Positions 40,261-53,934 of a stretch of 64,000 nt of DNA are shown here, piece after piece. The notes beneath the pieces are model-generated. The model saw nothing but the letters and a program-made list of their open reading frames with translations, was not told the DNA's origin and searched no databases. A program made the translations under genes and the position numbers. The stretch is from Octopus vulgaris (lineage: Eukaryota), in assembly GCA_951406725.2 (NCBI GenBank), contig OX597840.1, forward strand, positions 23,312,001 to 23,376,000. Reading direction: 5' to 3'. The first letter of the stretch is position 1. Every line of letters begins with the position of its first letter.

Positions 40261-41199
40261 GAGGGAGAGGTTTTCAACTTCAAAGACTGAACCTTTAGGG
40301 GAACATTGCAGTTCGCTTGAAGCATTGCGCACTGTTCGTAAAAATAATGCATTGACTGGCACAACAACGGACTATAATAACCATTGTAATTCAATCATCC
40401 ATAGTTTGATATAATATTTCGGAATATAAAAATTCCTTCTTCAGATATCCCTGGGAATTGATCGAGTCACTGCTATAATCGGTTTTCCAGTGGCTTTTTT
40501 TTTTCTTTTTGGAAGCATCTCAGTAGTGGTCTCACGAAGCTCCTTCCAGAATTCCTCATGAGAAGTGCATGAGGTCAGCCCTCTCTCAAGCTCATGTGTG
40601 CTGTCACATCTGTAGCAGTTCTACTGAGCCTTTGATGGGGAGTCATGTTACCACAGACTGACCCTAAAACCCTAATCTTAACCGTAACTACAGAAATGTT
40701 TTGAAATTCTTTTCCACATCATAAATGTCCATATTTTTCTGCATATTTAGAAAAAAGAAATTCTTAAAAAGACAATTCTATAAAAGTTTTCGGAAATGAA
40801 GGAAATGGGGGTGTGGTGGATAATTAAAACATGCCAAATTTTGCCAATTTTTTTGCAGAGTTGTATTCCCTGCAGTCAAAAAGTGGAGTTGTGTCCCCCA
40901 AAAAATTTTTTAACGGGGGGCGGGGGAGTCTTGCCGCATTTCTGAAGTAATTATTAAAAAAAATAACATGAATATATATATATTTGAGATGGTTTTTCTT
41001 ATTTTACTTAAATCGTTCATTTTCTTCATCACGATACACATCCTTTACAATTATTCCTAATTTTTCTTTTCTTTTCTGCCTTTTCAAATTATTGACAAAA
41101 CTTCCTTTGTACCCCTCATATATATATAAGTTGTAAATTGTAATAACGGAGAAGAACTAGCAAAAATAAAGACATTTTTTAAATGTTTCCCAAAAATGC

Positions 41200-42620
41200 C
41201 GATCCATGTGAACCATCCTCTTTTCGTTTCAGTATTTCGAGTGCACAATCTAATTTTTATATATTCTCCATTTTTCAGTAATTACATCGTAATTTCCCTG
41301 CATTTAAATAAATTCTTAGATTTACAAGCCAAAAATAAAGGAAAATGTTGTGTAAACAAGGTATAGCACTGACTCAAAGCAATGTAAGAAATAACCAAAA
41401 CTGGAACGGAATGTCTAAAAGAAAATAAAACAAAATTATTCGAATGTCAGCCTTACTTTCATATAATTTCGGCTTTGTTTGGTGAGATTCTTTTAATTTA
41501 GTTATTCTACACGTCAGAATAAGCAAATGTACGTAAAATGACACATATACAATAGAAATGCTTAAATAAATATAATACTCACGTAGAAATATATGTATAT
41601 ATAGAGAGAGTCACCGAGGAAAATGTGAGAATATGATGAAGCAGTGAGGACTGGAGTCTGAGTGGACAATGACAGCTTCAAGAGAATTTCTAGATTTTTA
41701 ATAGCAAACGTTGATTTATATTTTGCAGGTGAATTTAATAAAGAATACTGTACGGATTTCTTTACACAGTTAATTATCAAACGTGTGTATATTCAATTGG
41801 GTTCTCTCTTAAACAAGGAAACAGAATTGGAAAGATTTAGCAATTAATAGACAAGGGGAAATCACTCTATTTCTAATATCCGTTTTTAATTAAGAGCTGA
41901 GGTGCTTCACATAAATTCGTAAAAGGCTTTCTTGCTCCTGTTTCTTACGCAGTTTTATTGCTTGACCGGTTCCACTTTACAACTGATATTTAAGAGAAAA
42001 CCGAATTAAATATATACACGATTGGTAATTAAATTTCTAAAGAAACAGATGCAGCATTTTTGATTATGTGAACCTGAAAAATATTAATTAACGTTTGTTG
42101 TAAAGAGGAAGAAATTCTCTTGAAGCTCTCTTTGTCCACTCTGAGTTCAGTTTTCACTACAATATATTCTTCTCACACCTTCTTCGTTGACTCACTCTGC
42201 ATATATACACACATATATATATATATATATATATATTTATTGTGTAAGTATTATATTTATATAAACATTTCTATTATATATGTGTCATGCCAAATATCTG
42301 ATTGTTTCGATGTGTTGAGTAAGTTAAAAGGGTACTACTTAAGAAGAGTGTTCCCGGTGCGCGCACTCGCGTATCCGCCCTAGCTAGCCGATCCTTACTT
42401 TGTGTTTTTGTTTTATTTACTTTGTGTTTTTGTGTTTTATTTACTTTCTTTTTAAAAAATTATTTACTTTGTGTTAAAAAAAAATTATGTATTTTGTGTT
42501 TTATTTACTTTGCTACGTAGTCGTTGTAGGATCGACTAGTCACGACTAGCTAGCGCGGATGCGTGAGTGCGCGCACCTGAACCACTAATTAACGTACAGT
42601 TAAAAGAAAGAATTTCACTA
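41200..42620. promoter_or_regulatory. Head-to-head pair of the conserved upstream block (putative bidirectional promoter for genes 6 and 7)
   Basis: 41200-41870 is the block in reverse; 41930-42620 is the block in forward orientation. Confidence 0.55.
42331..42597. mobile_element. MITE with 9-bp TSD (Mutator-like)
   Basis: Inverted GGTGCGCGCACTCGCG / GCGTGAGTGCGCGCACC; TSD AGTTAAAAG at 42322-42330 and 42598-42606. Confidence 0.75.
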
Positions 42621-42629
42621 AACAAATAC

Positions 42630-42962
42630 GATCTATTGCATTTCAATCTGTTTTAGGGTTAGGGTTAGGGGAAGGGTATCTTTTTGTTCTTCACAAATGT
42701 AAATAAACCCAATCTGTTTCTTAAACGAGGGACATATTCATACGGCATAGAATGTTTTTTACCTCAATAGACGTCAATGATTGGTTGAAATTGCAGAAAT
42801 TGAAGGAAGAAAACAACAAATATGTTACAAACTATAGAATTTTCTTAATAAAGCCAAGAGAAAAAGATGTCTTATAAACACATTCTACCAGTATACGAAG
42901 TTTAAAATTTTTTAGTTACCTAGAAATTATGTTAAAAACTGCCGTTCAAACAGAAAAGATCC
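42630..42962. mobile_element. Partial Merlin-like MITE
   Basis: Matches 28715-29047, right TIR present. Confidence 0.8.
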
Positions 42963-43043
42963 CAACTTTCTGTGGAAGAATTAAATTAACTGATGAAATT
43001 CTGCATGGAAAATTATAGGAATCCCTCAAATATTAAAATTATC

Positions 43044-43446
43044 AGATCTTTTTGGTTTGAATGGCTGTTTTTTTAACATAATTTCTAGGTAACTAAAAAA
43101 TGTTAAACTTTGTATACTGGTAGAATGTGTTTATAAAACATCTTTTTCTCTTGGTTTATTGAGAAAATTCTATAGTTTGTAACATATTTGGGGTTTTTTT
43201 CTGCAATTTCAACCAATCAATGACGTCTATTGAGGTGAAAAAACATTCTGCGCCGTATGAATATGTCCCTCATTTAAGAAACAGTTTGGGTTTATTTACA
43301 TTTGTGAAGAAAATAAGATATCCTTCCCCCCACCCCTAACCCTAAAACAGATTGAAATGCAATAGATCGATACTAGTGTCATAATTATGGGTGACAATTT
43401 CATATGACACCGCTAGAAAAAACTGCCGATCAAACCGAAAAGATCC
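43044..43446. mobile_element. Merlin-like MITE, inverted copy
   Basis: Both TIRs present; reverse complement of 28638-29047. Confidence 0.8.
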
Positions 43447-43989
43447 TGGCTTGTTACTATGGAAACAAGCACCTATACATCTGTGGCTTTCAAATGGCTG
43501 AAATTACCCAAGATTGCAAACTATAAAAAGAATTTCATGTCAATGATTGCCTTACAAAACTATACCAATACTCCAAATATGGAATCAATAGGAACAAAAA
43601 TGGAAGAAATTGAAAAGTGGCAGCGACCTCCAAAATAACATTTTTAACCATTACATTCCCCCCTACCACGTGCCATGCATGCTTCATCCTCAATCAATTC
43701 TCTCTATTTCGGCTCCACTCTTTGCCTTATCCTCTTTCCTCTCTCCCTCTTTTTCTCCATTCAGAAGTGTCTTTGATATTCTCATCACCAAAAGGAAGAC
43801 AGTATATTTATAAGGAGCATTCATGAATAAGTCTACCTCTGTATATAAATACAGTCTATAACAAGGAACAGCGAAATATTTCTCTTTCTCTGGAATGTAT
43901 GGAAGAAACATTGCATTAAATTGTTATCTGAATGAAGTGACACAAGTGAAGAGAAATGTATTCATGGAAATGAAAAACACTTTATCATT

Positions 43990-44890
<901 letters not shown>

Positions 44891-45329
44891 AGACGTGTTA
44901 CTGTCTCAATGTCAACATTTATTAAGTCATAACAATAATTAACACTAATTGGTCTGCTAAAACACAGGCTTTTTCCTTTCATCAGTTATAGGAATTTCTT
45001 AATAAAGAATAATGAATAAAATATTTATTTTGTGCTTGTTTTTTTTGCTCTATATCTGGACCCTGTTCCCTTTCTCCCTTAAACCTGTCAACGGGCACAA
45101 ATTGACGTTCCTTCAATACTACCTTCCTCCCTGCTAGTTTTGAGCTAGTTTGTCTTGCAGGGTCCTTGGGGACCCTGTCGGTTTTGTTGTCACATAAAAA
45201 AGAGAAAATGACACCCAGTGCACTCTGTAGAAGGGTTGACATTAGGAAATGCATTCTGCAGTTGAAGGTTTAGTGACAGGATGTTGTCTGTTTTAGACGC
45301 AGCAAATGATTTTAGCTCAATAGAGGGCA

Positions 45330-45509
45330 TAGGATTGGTTAAAATTCAAAAAATTAAACTACGTTAAACTTACAAATTACAATTTTCTCAAGAAAGCCAA
45401 GAGAAAAAAAATGTTTTATTTTGACACATTCTACCAGTATACGAAGTTTTAAAGTGTTTAGTTAACTAGAAATTGTGTTGAAAACTGCCGTTCAAAAGGA
45501 AAAGATCCC
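45330..45509. mobile_element. Partial Merlin-like MITE
   Basis: Ends AAAACTGCCGTTCAAAGGAAAAGATCC. Confidence 0.7.
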
Positions 45510-46486
45510 ATTTTTGTAATTCTTTGTACTGCTATGTCGTTTTCTATGTTCGATCTCAGGATCATAATAAAGATTTTGTCACTGTGAGATTTTCTATTCA
45601 GCGTTTTAGCTAAACAGAAATATATTCTTACAGGAGAGAAGATATATCAGTGCGAGATCTGTGGCAAATCATTCCCTCAAATGAGCGCCTTGACACACAA
45701 TACAGATATTAATAGAATAAAACTGAGGGGGATACTGGAGGGAATCCCACCAGTCTGTAGAGCCATCTAGGAGAGAATTAGAGAACTACTATGAAACGAA
45801 GGGAAATAACTTCTATAATAGTTCATTCCTGCCGTCGATAGGTTGGCCACGAAACGGCGCGCTTTCACTCTTGATGACGTCATACACTTACTGGCTTCCC
45901 GTGTGTGCAAAGTGCTTTGTAATTAACATCATTATTATTAATTAGACTAATTAGTTATCGGTCTGTGATTTGCAGTTTTTGTCTGAATACGGTAAGTTGA
46001 CGATGATAATAATACTACTAATAACAATGTAATTAATAGAATTCTGTGAACTTCTCGGTGTCACAGTAATTATTTTGAAGCGAAAACATAAAAACTTTAG
46101 GAAAATATATTTCCTCGTCTTAAATAATAACTTCCAAAGTGAAATGTTGGTTTGTTGTTTCTGAAAACCTATTATCGGCTGTTAGATGTGATATAGAGGA
46201 AATTTATTTGTAAAATGAGAAGAAAACGTTGTGATTAACAAGTAAAACGAACAGAGAAGCGGCATAACTACAGATTCATGCCCCACCACTTTGGATGATC
46301 GTAACTTTAATTAAATGTTCTACGAATATTTGTTATAGTATGTAGATTCCGAGTATACAAAACTTTTGTAGGAAAGTGCTTTTGGTGTGAGGAGTTTCGG
46401 AAAATTCAGCGGCGTCAACTTCAATTCTTCTTAACTTTCAAGAAAATAGATGTTATACTTTTAATTGAAATTTTCTACAAATATAC

Positions 46487-46717
46487 GTATTTCTTTATTA
46501 CCCACAAGGGGCTAAACACAGAGGGGACAAACAAGGACAGACATAGGTATTAAGTCGATTACATCGACCCCAGTGCGTAACTGGTACTTAATTTATCGAC
46601 CCCGAAAGGATGAAAGGCAAAGTCGACCTCGGCGGATTTTGAACTCACAACGTAACGCAGACGAAATACTGCTAAGCATTTCGCCCGGCGTGCTAATGTT
46701 TCTGCCAGCTCGCCGCC
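46487..46717 (-). mobile_element. SINE family A, full length with 14-bp TSD
   Basis: Head GGCGGCGAGCTGGCAGAA..; TSD TTCTACAAATATAC at 46473-46486 and 46718-46731. Confidence 0.9.
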
Positions 46718-46946
46718 TTCTACAAATATACCTCGGACGATATAGATTCCGAGAAGGTAGGAATTTTGTGGGAAAACAATTCGGGGGTTTACTTTTGAGG
46801 ACCGTTCATTTATTTATTTTCTAAAATATTCCTTAATTCTTGCAACCTCTTCACTGGTTCATGACCATGTCCATTATTGGAGCTGTTTCTTTTTGTTTGT
46901 TGCTGTGCATGTGTCTGTATGCGGCAGCTTGCATGAATATACGCGT

Positions 46947-47115
46947 ATGTATATATATATATGTATTTATGTTCATACATACATATATATACACACGTAT
47001 GTATATATATGTATTTATGCATATACACACACATATATATATACAAAATATATTTATATATACAATCTATATATATATATATATAGTATATATATATAGT
47101 ATATATATATATATT

Positions 47116-47154
<39 letters not shown>

Positions 47155-47189
47155 ACATATATACACACACATATATATATATATATATA
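46947..47189. repeat. (TA)n-rich microsatellite
   Basis: Seen directly. Confidence 0.95.
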
Positions 47190-47592
47190 CTCTTTTACTT
47201 GTTTCAGTCATTTGACTGCGGCCATGCTGGAGCACCGCCTTTAGTCGAGGAAATCGACCCCGGGACTTATTCTTTGTAAGCCCAGTACTTATTCTATCGG
47301 TCTCTTTTGCCGAACCGCTAAGTAACGGGGACGTAAACACACCAGCATCGGTTGTCAAGCAATGCTAGAGGGATAAACACAGACTCACAAACATATACAC
47401 ACACATACATACACATATATATACATATATACGACAGGCTTCTTTCAGTTTCCGTCTACCAAATCCACTCACAAGGCATTGGTTGGCCCGGGGCTACAGC
47501 AGAAGACACTTGCCCAAGATGCCACGCAGTGGGACTGAACCCGGAACCATGTGGTTGGTTAGCAAGCTACTTACCACACAGCCACTCCTGCG

Positions 47593-47595
<3 letters not shown>
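47190..47595 (-). mobile_element. SINE family B, full length, in (TA)n
   Basis: Reverse complement of 35806-36178. Confidence 0.9.
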
Positions 47596-47846
<251 letters not shown>

Positions 47847-47974
47847 CATATAACAATTTAGGAATGACCCTAACAGGTCATTCGTCCACCAGAAAGAGCA
47901 GCCATAACTCACACCGCCAAGTAGTAGTAATTCAGAAATTAGGTGAAAATTCAAAAACATTTACCCTAATTCAT

Positions 47975-48074
47975 CTTTTAGACGTTGCAACGTTTCTGTG
48001 TCATTAATGATTAAATTAGCTTAATTAAATTAAATTAAGCTAATCTACCATAGGTTACACTTCATCAGTAAAAA
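47975..48074 (-). ncRNA. Type I hammerhead ribozyme, copy 1
   Basis: Minus strand reads UUUUA-CUGAUGA-[65-nt stem II]-GAAA-CGUUGCAACG-UC^-UAAAA. Confidence 0.75.
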
Positions 48075-48449
48075 ACCTGGGAGAGACAAATATACACGAG
48101 GCGTCTGTATCGATGCCTAGGGAATATCTGTCTTAAAATTTTCAAGACTGACGTATTCGCGCCAAACTTATCAGCAGCAAATATAAACTGCCGATTCAAT
48201 CTCAGAATTATTCAGAAAATTATCAATTAGTCAATTTAGGGTAGCAAAAAAAATTCAATAGAAATTTATCGCTACCAACGGCCTAGTGGAAAAGAGAAAA
48301 TAGTCAACGACTAAGTACATAAATATAACAATTTAGGAATGACCCTAACAAGTCATTCGTCCACCAGAAAGAGCAGCCATAACTCACACCGCCAAGTAGT
48401 AGTAATTCAGAAATTAGGTGAAAATTCAAAAACATTTACCCTAATTCAT

Positions 48450-48549
48450 CTTTTAGACGTTGCAACGTTTCTGTGTCATTAATGATTAAATTAGCTTAAT
48501 TAAATTAAATTAAGCTAATCTACCATAGGTTACACTTCATCAGTAAAAA
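48450..48549 (-). ncRNA. Type I hammerhead ribozyme, copy 2
   Basis: Identical to copy 1, 475 nt away. Confidence 0.75.
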
Positions 48550-49014
48550 ACCTGGGATAACCTATGGTAGATTAGCTTAATTTAATTTAATTAAGCTAAT
48601 TTAATCATTAATGACACAGAAACGTTGCAACGTCTAAAAGATGAATTAGGGTAAATGTTTTTGAATTTTCACCTAATTTCTGAATTACTACTACTTGGCG
48701 GTGTGAGTTATGGCTGCTCTTTCTGGTGGACGAATGACCTGTTAGGGTCATTCCTAAATTGTTATATTTATGTACTTAGTCGTTGACTATTTTCTCTTTT
48801 CCACTAGGCCGTTGGTAGCGATAAATTTCTATTGAATTTTTTTGCTACCCTAAATTGACTAATTGATAATTTTCTGAATAATTCTGAGATTGAATCGGCA
48901 GTTTATATTTGCTGCTGATAAGTTTGGCGCGAATACGTCAGTCTTGAAAATTTTAAGACAGATATTCCCTAGGCATCGATACAGACGCCTCGTGTATATT
49001 TGTCTCTCCCAGGT

Positions 49015-49114
49015 TTTTTACTGATGAAGTGTAACCTATGGTAGATTAGCTTAATTTAATTTAATTAAGCTAATTTAATCATTAATGACACAGAAACGTT
49101 GCAACGTCTAAAAG
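49015..49114 (+). ncRNA. Type I hammerhead ribozyme, copy 3
   Basis: CTGATGA 49021-49027, GAAA 49093-49096, palindromic stem III 49097-49106, GTC cleavage triplet ending 49108, stem I TTTTA/TAAAA. Confidence 0.75.
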
Positions 49115-49335
49115 ATGAATTAGGGTAAATGTTTTTGAATTTTCACCTAATTTCTGAATTACTACTACTTGGCGGTGTGAGTTATGGCTGCTCTTTCTGG
49201 TGGACGAATGACCTGTTAGGGTCATTCCTAAATTGTTATATTTATGTACTTAGTCGTTGACTATTTTCTCTTTTCCACTAGGCCGTTGGTAGCGATAAAT
49301 TTCTATTGAATTTTTTTGCTACCCTAAATTGACTA

Positions 49336-49376
<41 letters not shown>

Positions 49377-49932
49377 CAAAGTGGAGTTGTGGGGTACCGC
49401 ACGAGTGGAATTATATACAAAAGAAGGTTTGAAAATGCAATTTAAAAGATGTTTATTTACTTTACCGGTTTCACTCTTTGGAAAAAGATTATCAAAAGTA
49501 ACATGTGGAAGTTTGGTTGCGTTAATTATTGGTTGTTGCAAATTGCTACATTACATATATACAGTCTTTGGTAACAGGGACATGTTAAGGACATAAAAAA
49601 TTTCAACAAGTTCCTTAAAGTATTGGGCACAAAAGATTACATAAATAATCGTTCTCAAGGACATACTTAAGATAGTTTCCAGAAGGAATTGATATTGGTA
49701 CTGTATCTGTATATTCAAACATGCACAGAATATTGGTTGACACAGAGTACTATAATCCATATAAATATACAGTCTTTGGTGACAACAGTATGTTGAGAAT
49801 ATAAAAAAGTTTAACAAGCTCATTGAAATAATGGGCAGAAAAGATTAAAACAAATATATTATACATCTCAGGGTAATTTCCAGGATGAAATATTAAAAAA
49901 AGTTCAGTATACACATACAGAATATTATGAGT

Positions 49933-50048
<116 letters not shown>

Positions 50049-50096
50049 CACACACACACACAGAGATATACATGTATGTAAATGTACATATTCATA

Positions 50097-51731
50097 TCTA
50101 TTATATCAAAATCAATGTCTTTATGTGTTTGTGTGTTACTTTTACATTCGAAAAATGCTGCACCGATCCTAATGAAATTTGGAACAGAAAATCCAAGCCT
50201 AGGGAGAAGGGCAATGCTGTGTGTTTCATACAATTTCATAGGCCAAAATTACTGAATCCTTATGATATTTGGAACTTAGATTCAATACATAAAGGTGGGT
50301 ATAATGCAATATGTTTGGTTTGAATTTGAGACAACTTAAAGGGGGAAGAAACCCATGAAAATTCATGAATTTTCGATGTTGATGAAATTTCACCCATGGG
50401 TAATTGACACACATCAAGAAGTATTCTCAAAGTTTCCACTTCTTTAGGGGATTCTAAGACTCCTTAATGGGGGCTTTAGCTCCCAAATTTTAGTCATTTT
50501 TTACGATCCAAAACTAGGTCAAAAGTACTGAATGGACCTTTATAAAATTTGGAAATTATATTCTATGCATAAGGGCCATAATCCCTATGATAATTCATAT
50601 ATTTTTGCTGCTGATGAAATTTTAACCATAGATTTTAGACACAAATGAAGTAACATTTCTAAAATTTCATCTTCTTAAAAGTTACAAAGACCCCTTCATG
50701 CGGACTTAACACCCACAATTTAGTTATTTTATCTAAGCAAAGACGAATACAGTTGTACTTTTGGAAGCTATAGGGTCACCCGAGCATGAAATTCAATGAT
50801 ACAAGAGTGTAAGAGTTTGCTTTGAGATACACTTGGATTGTGATTTCTGCGATGTGGTGCATAAATTGTCAAGTAAATGAGAGGAATCTTTGCCTCCACT
50901 GATTCAGTTGCAAAGTGTTGAGTAAAGTTTTTGGTTGCGGACCTCCTTTGAGTCTTTTTATTATCATTGGGCCACACATAGTCCCCCGATGGTAACATTG
51001 ATTTCCAGGTGAGTGATTGGTTATTGAAAGACATTTGTAGATTGTAAATTTATTCTGTCCAGTTACCTATCGGTATAGTGGTCATTTGCAAACTCCAGAG
51101 GTGACACTTTCATTTCCTATTAGCCCTCACGTCACACAGTTGTTAATGTTTATTTCAGTTGGGTCACACCCCTCCAATCGCTATAGATTCGTAATGCATC
51201 TTATGGCCGTGCCTGTCACCTGTATGGTGAGGAATCCTACATTGGGAAGTGGTAACGACTAGGGTAGGGTAACTGACTGCTTATTGTGATCATTTGTCTT
51301 TTGGTTTCCTGTAGCTTTGCTCTCTTTTACAAACACAGTGAACATACAGATATTTCCTATTTCAAAGAAATTCAAACAATACATATAAGACCCAAGTTAA
51401 AAAGATTCTCACCAATTCAACTTCTCTGGTTGGCATTAAAACACCGACCCCCACATTTTAGAGCTCTATGACATCCATTTTATAGGAGCAAAATCCTTTT
51501 AACAGGTTCGATAAGACTGGAATTTTGGATTCTGCGTATAAAGATCAGTAGTATGAGATACATGTGTCAAGATCAGAATTTTTTTAGGGTGTGTACAGAG
51601 GGTAAGAACCCTCATCTGCAATTTTGATGAAATTTGAATCATAGATATTCCAGTTCATTAGAGAAAATATAACAGAAAAGTCTAATTCTTCAATTGCATG
51701 TACCTCGGGCAACGCCGGGTATCTCTGCTAG
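50097..51731 (+). mobile_element. Non-autonomous Helitron
   Basis: A|TC 5' end; internal degenerate subrepeats (ATGAAATTT); hairpin CTCGGGCAACGCCGGG and CTAG|T 3' end. Confidence 0.7.
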
Positions 51732-51999
51732 TATAAGATATTTTCACTTTAATACTGAAACTATTGAAGTGAGACTATTATCTCACATATATACAGGCAT
51801 ACCTACATAAATACATACATATATATAATATATATATTATGTATATATATATGTATACATCTGCACAAATTAACTTGTATATCGAGGCATTACTGTATAT
51901 GCCTCCCGACCTCCCTACATTCATACTTAATACATACATATATATATATACACACACGCACACAACATACGTCACGCATCCTCTTCCAAGTAAGTTTTG

Positions 52000-52034
<35 letters not shown>

Positions 52035-52058
52035 CTCCAAGGGATCTGGGTTTAAGTC

Positions 52059-52329
52059 CCATGGCCGATTGTTGACAAATTTCTAAATAGCGGTGCTCCA
52101 GGATGGCCACAGCTCATGAGCTGAAATTAGATGGAATAAAATGAAAAAAATACATATAAATAATTATGTATATATATATATATATTTACACTGAAGCATA
52201 CATATATATATATATATATATATATACATACATATTTTTTTTTCATTTTATTCCATCTAATTTCCGCTCATGGGCTGTGGCCATGCTGGGGCACCGACAT
52301 TCAAAAATTTGTCAACAACCAGCCATGGT
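52059..52329. repeat. Two LINE-type 3' tails facing each other across (TA)n
   Basis: 52059-52150 (GGTGCTCCAGGATGGCCACAGCTCATGAGCTGAAA) is inverted at 52235-52329; the tail matches 36490-36545. Confidence 0.7.
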
Positions 52330-53042
52330 ATATAATACAAACATATATATATATATATATAAATATATATACACACACACACACGCACATATATATATAT
52401 ACATATATGTACACACACACACACACATATATATATATGTAGAAAATTTTAGATTAAAAACAATTAATTTTGAAAAAAAATTTTCTTAAACCCGCATTAT
52501 TTATGGAATGACACAGAATATGTGTCTATTCTTCACTCACCGATTTACGTGTCTGTCCGACTGTTTCTCTTCACCTCCATCTCTCAACCTATGCACTATA
52601 ACGCTGGCATAACGCTTGTTGTTACGGGAGACTACTCACAATTATGTTGTATGAGAGTTACTTCCCTTGAACAACGCCTTGAAACCACTCGACAGCCGTA
52701 TTGTAATGTTTACCTGTTAAGGGAGACTACTCTTAAATACAGATGTTTATATATAGGAGTTCTCTCCCTTGCTACAATTTACCTACAAAATAGATTTTCT
52801 CGTCCGTCGTTTACTGGTTTCAATTCATGGACAAGGCCATGGTGAAGCACCACATCGATTTGTTTACTCACACTCATCGAAGGCTGCGCTTATCTCTCTT
52901 CACACTGCTACTCATTCCTTCGTTCTCCTTTTGTTGAATTGCTAAGTTACGATGACGTAAACAGCCAGAATCGAAAATGAATCGGTCACGAGGGAGAAAC
53001 ACAAGTCACAGATATGGAAATATATGTGTGGGCGTGTGTGAG

Positions 53043-53261
53043 ATATATATATATATGTATATATATATGTGTGTATATATATATATATGTATATATATAT
53101 GTGTGTATATATATATATATGTATATATATACATGTATATATATATATATATATATATGTATATACATATAGACATACATACATATATATGTATGTATAT
53201 ATACATATGTGTGTGTGTGTGTGTGTATACAGGTATATATATATATATACACATATATATA
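53043..53261. repeat. (TA)/(TG) microsatellite
   Basis: Seen directly. Confidence 0.95.
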
Positions 53262-53269
53262 TGGATACT

Positions 53270-53624
53270 TTTCTACAAGAGTGGTCCCGGTGCTAGCTAG
53301 TCGCGACTAATCGATCTTACAAAGACTACGTAACGCGAGTGCGCGACTAAAAATCACCTTCGAATGCGCTAGACATGTTTGAGGTTTTTTTTAACAAATA
53401 ATTTTTTTTAAACAAAGAAAATAAAACACAAATTAATTTCTTTTGTTGAGTCTTTTATTTACTTTGTTTAAGACAAAACCCATTTTATTTTATATATATT
53501 CAGCCATTATATACATATATTATTATGCGCGCATCTGTTAATTTGCGTACTCACGCTAGGTAGTCGTTGAAGGATTGACCAGTCACGAGTACGCGCACCG
53601 GGACCAGTCTTTTTGAGTAGTACC
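53270..53624. mobile_element. Mutator-like MITE (family of 42331)
   Basis: Ends GAGTGGTCCCGGTGC / GCGCACCGGGACCAGTC..GAGTAGTACC. Confidence 0.65.
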
Positions 53625-53934
53625 TTTGGTAGAGTATGGAGGACTGGTTATGTGGTCATGCTGCCTCTAATTTTTATTTCATCCCCCTGCAATGCTTCTA
53701 GATGTCTCACCAACGTATGTAATGTTCTTGTCTTTACAAGCACCCCACAACAAAATCTCTGTCTATAGATGAGTAGAGGCGAATTATATCCATTCTACCC
53801 GGACACAACCTGTGAGGTGTTCAGAGGGTTTGCAGCTATTGATTCTACTGAGGAGATCCTTCTGCTCACAAAGACGTGTGTCTCCATTTCCGTGAGTGGT
53901 CGTAACACCTGCGAGAGGAAGGAGAATAATTACC
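53625..53934 (-). mobile_element. Penelope-like RT/GIY-YIG relic (inverted copy of 1-309)
   Basis: Reverse complement of the window start with a few substitutions. Confidence 0.7.

Noticed and set aside
42654-42671. TTAGGG repeats as an interstitial telomere
   Set aside because: Only three units, an internal part of the Merlin-like MITE.
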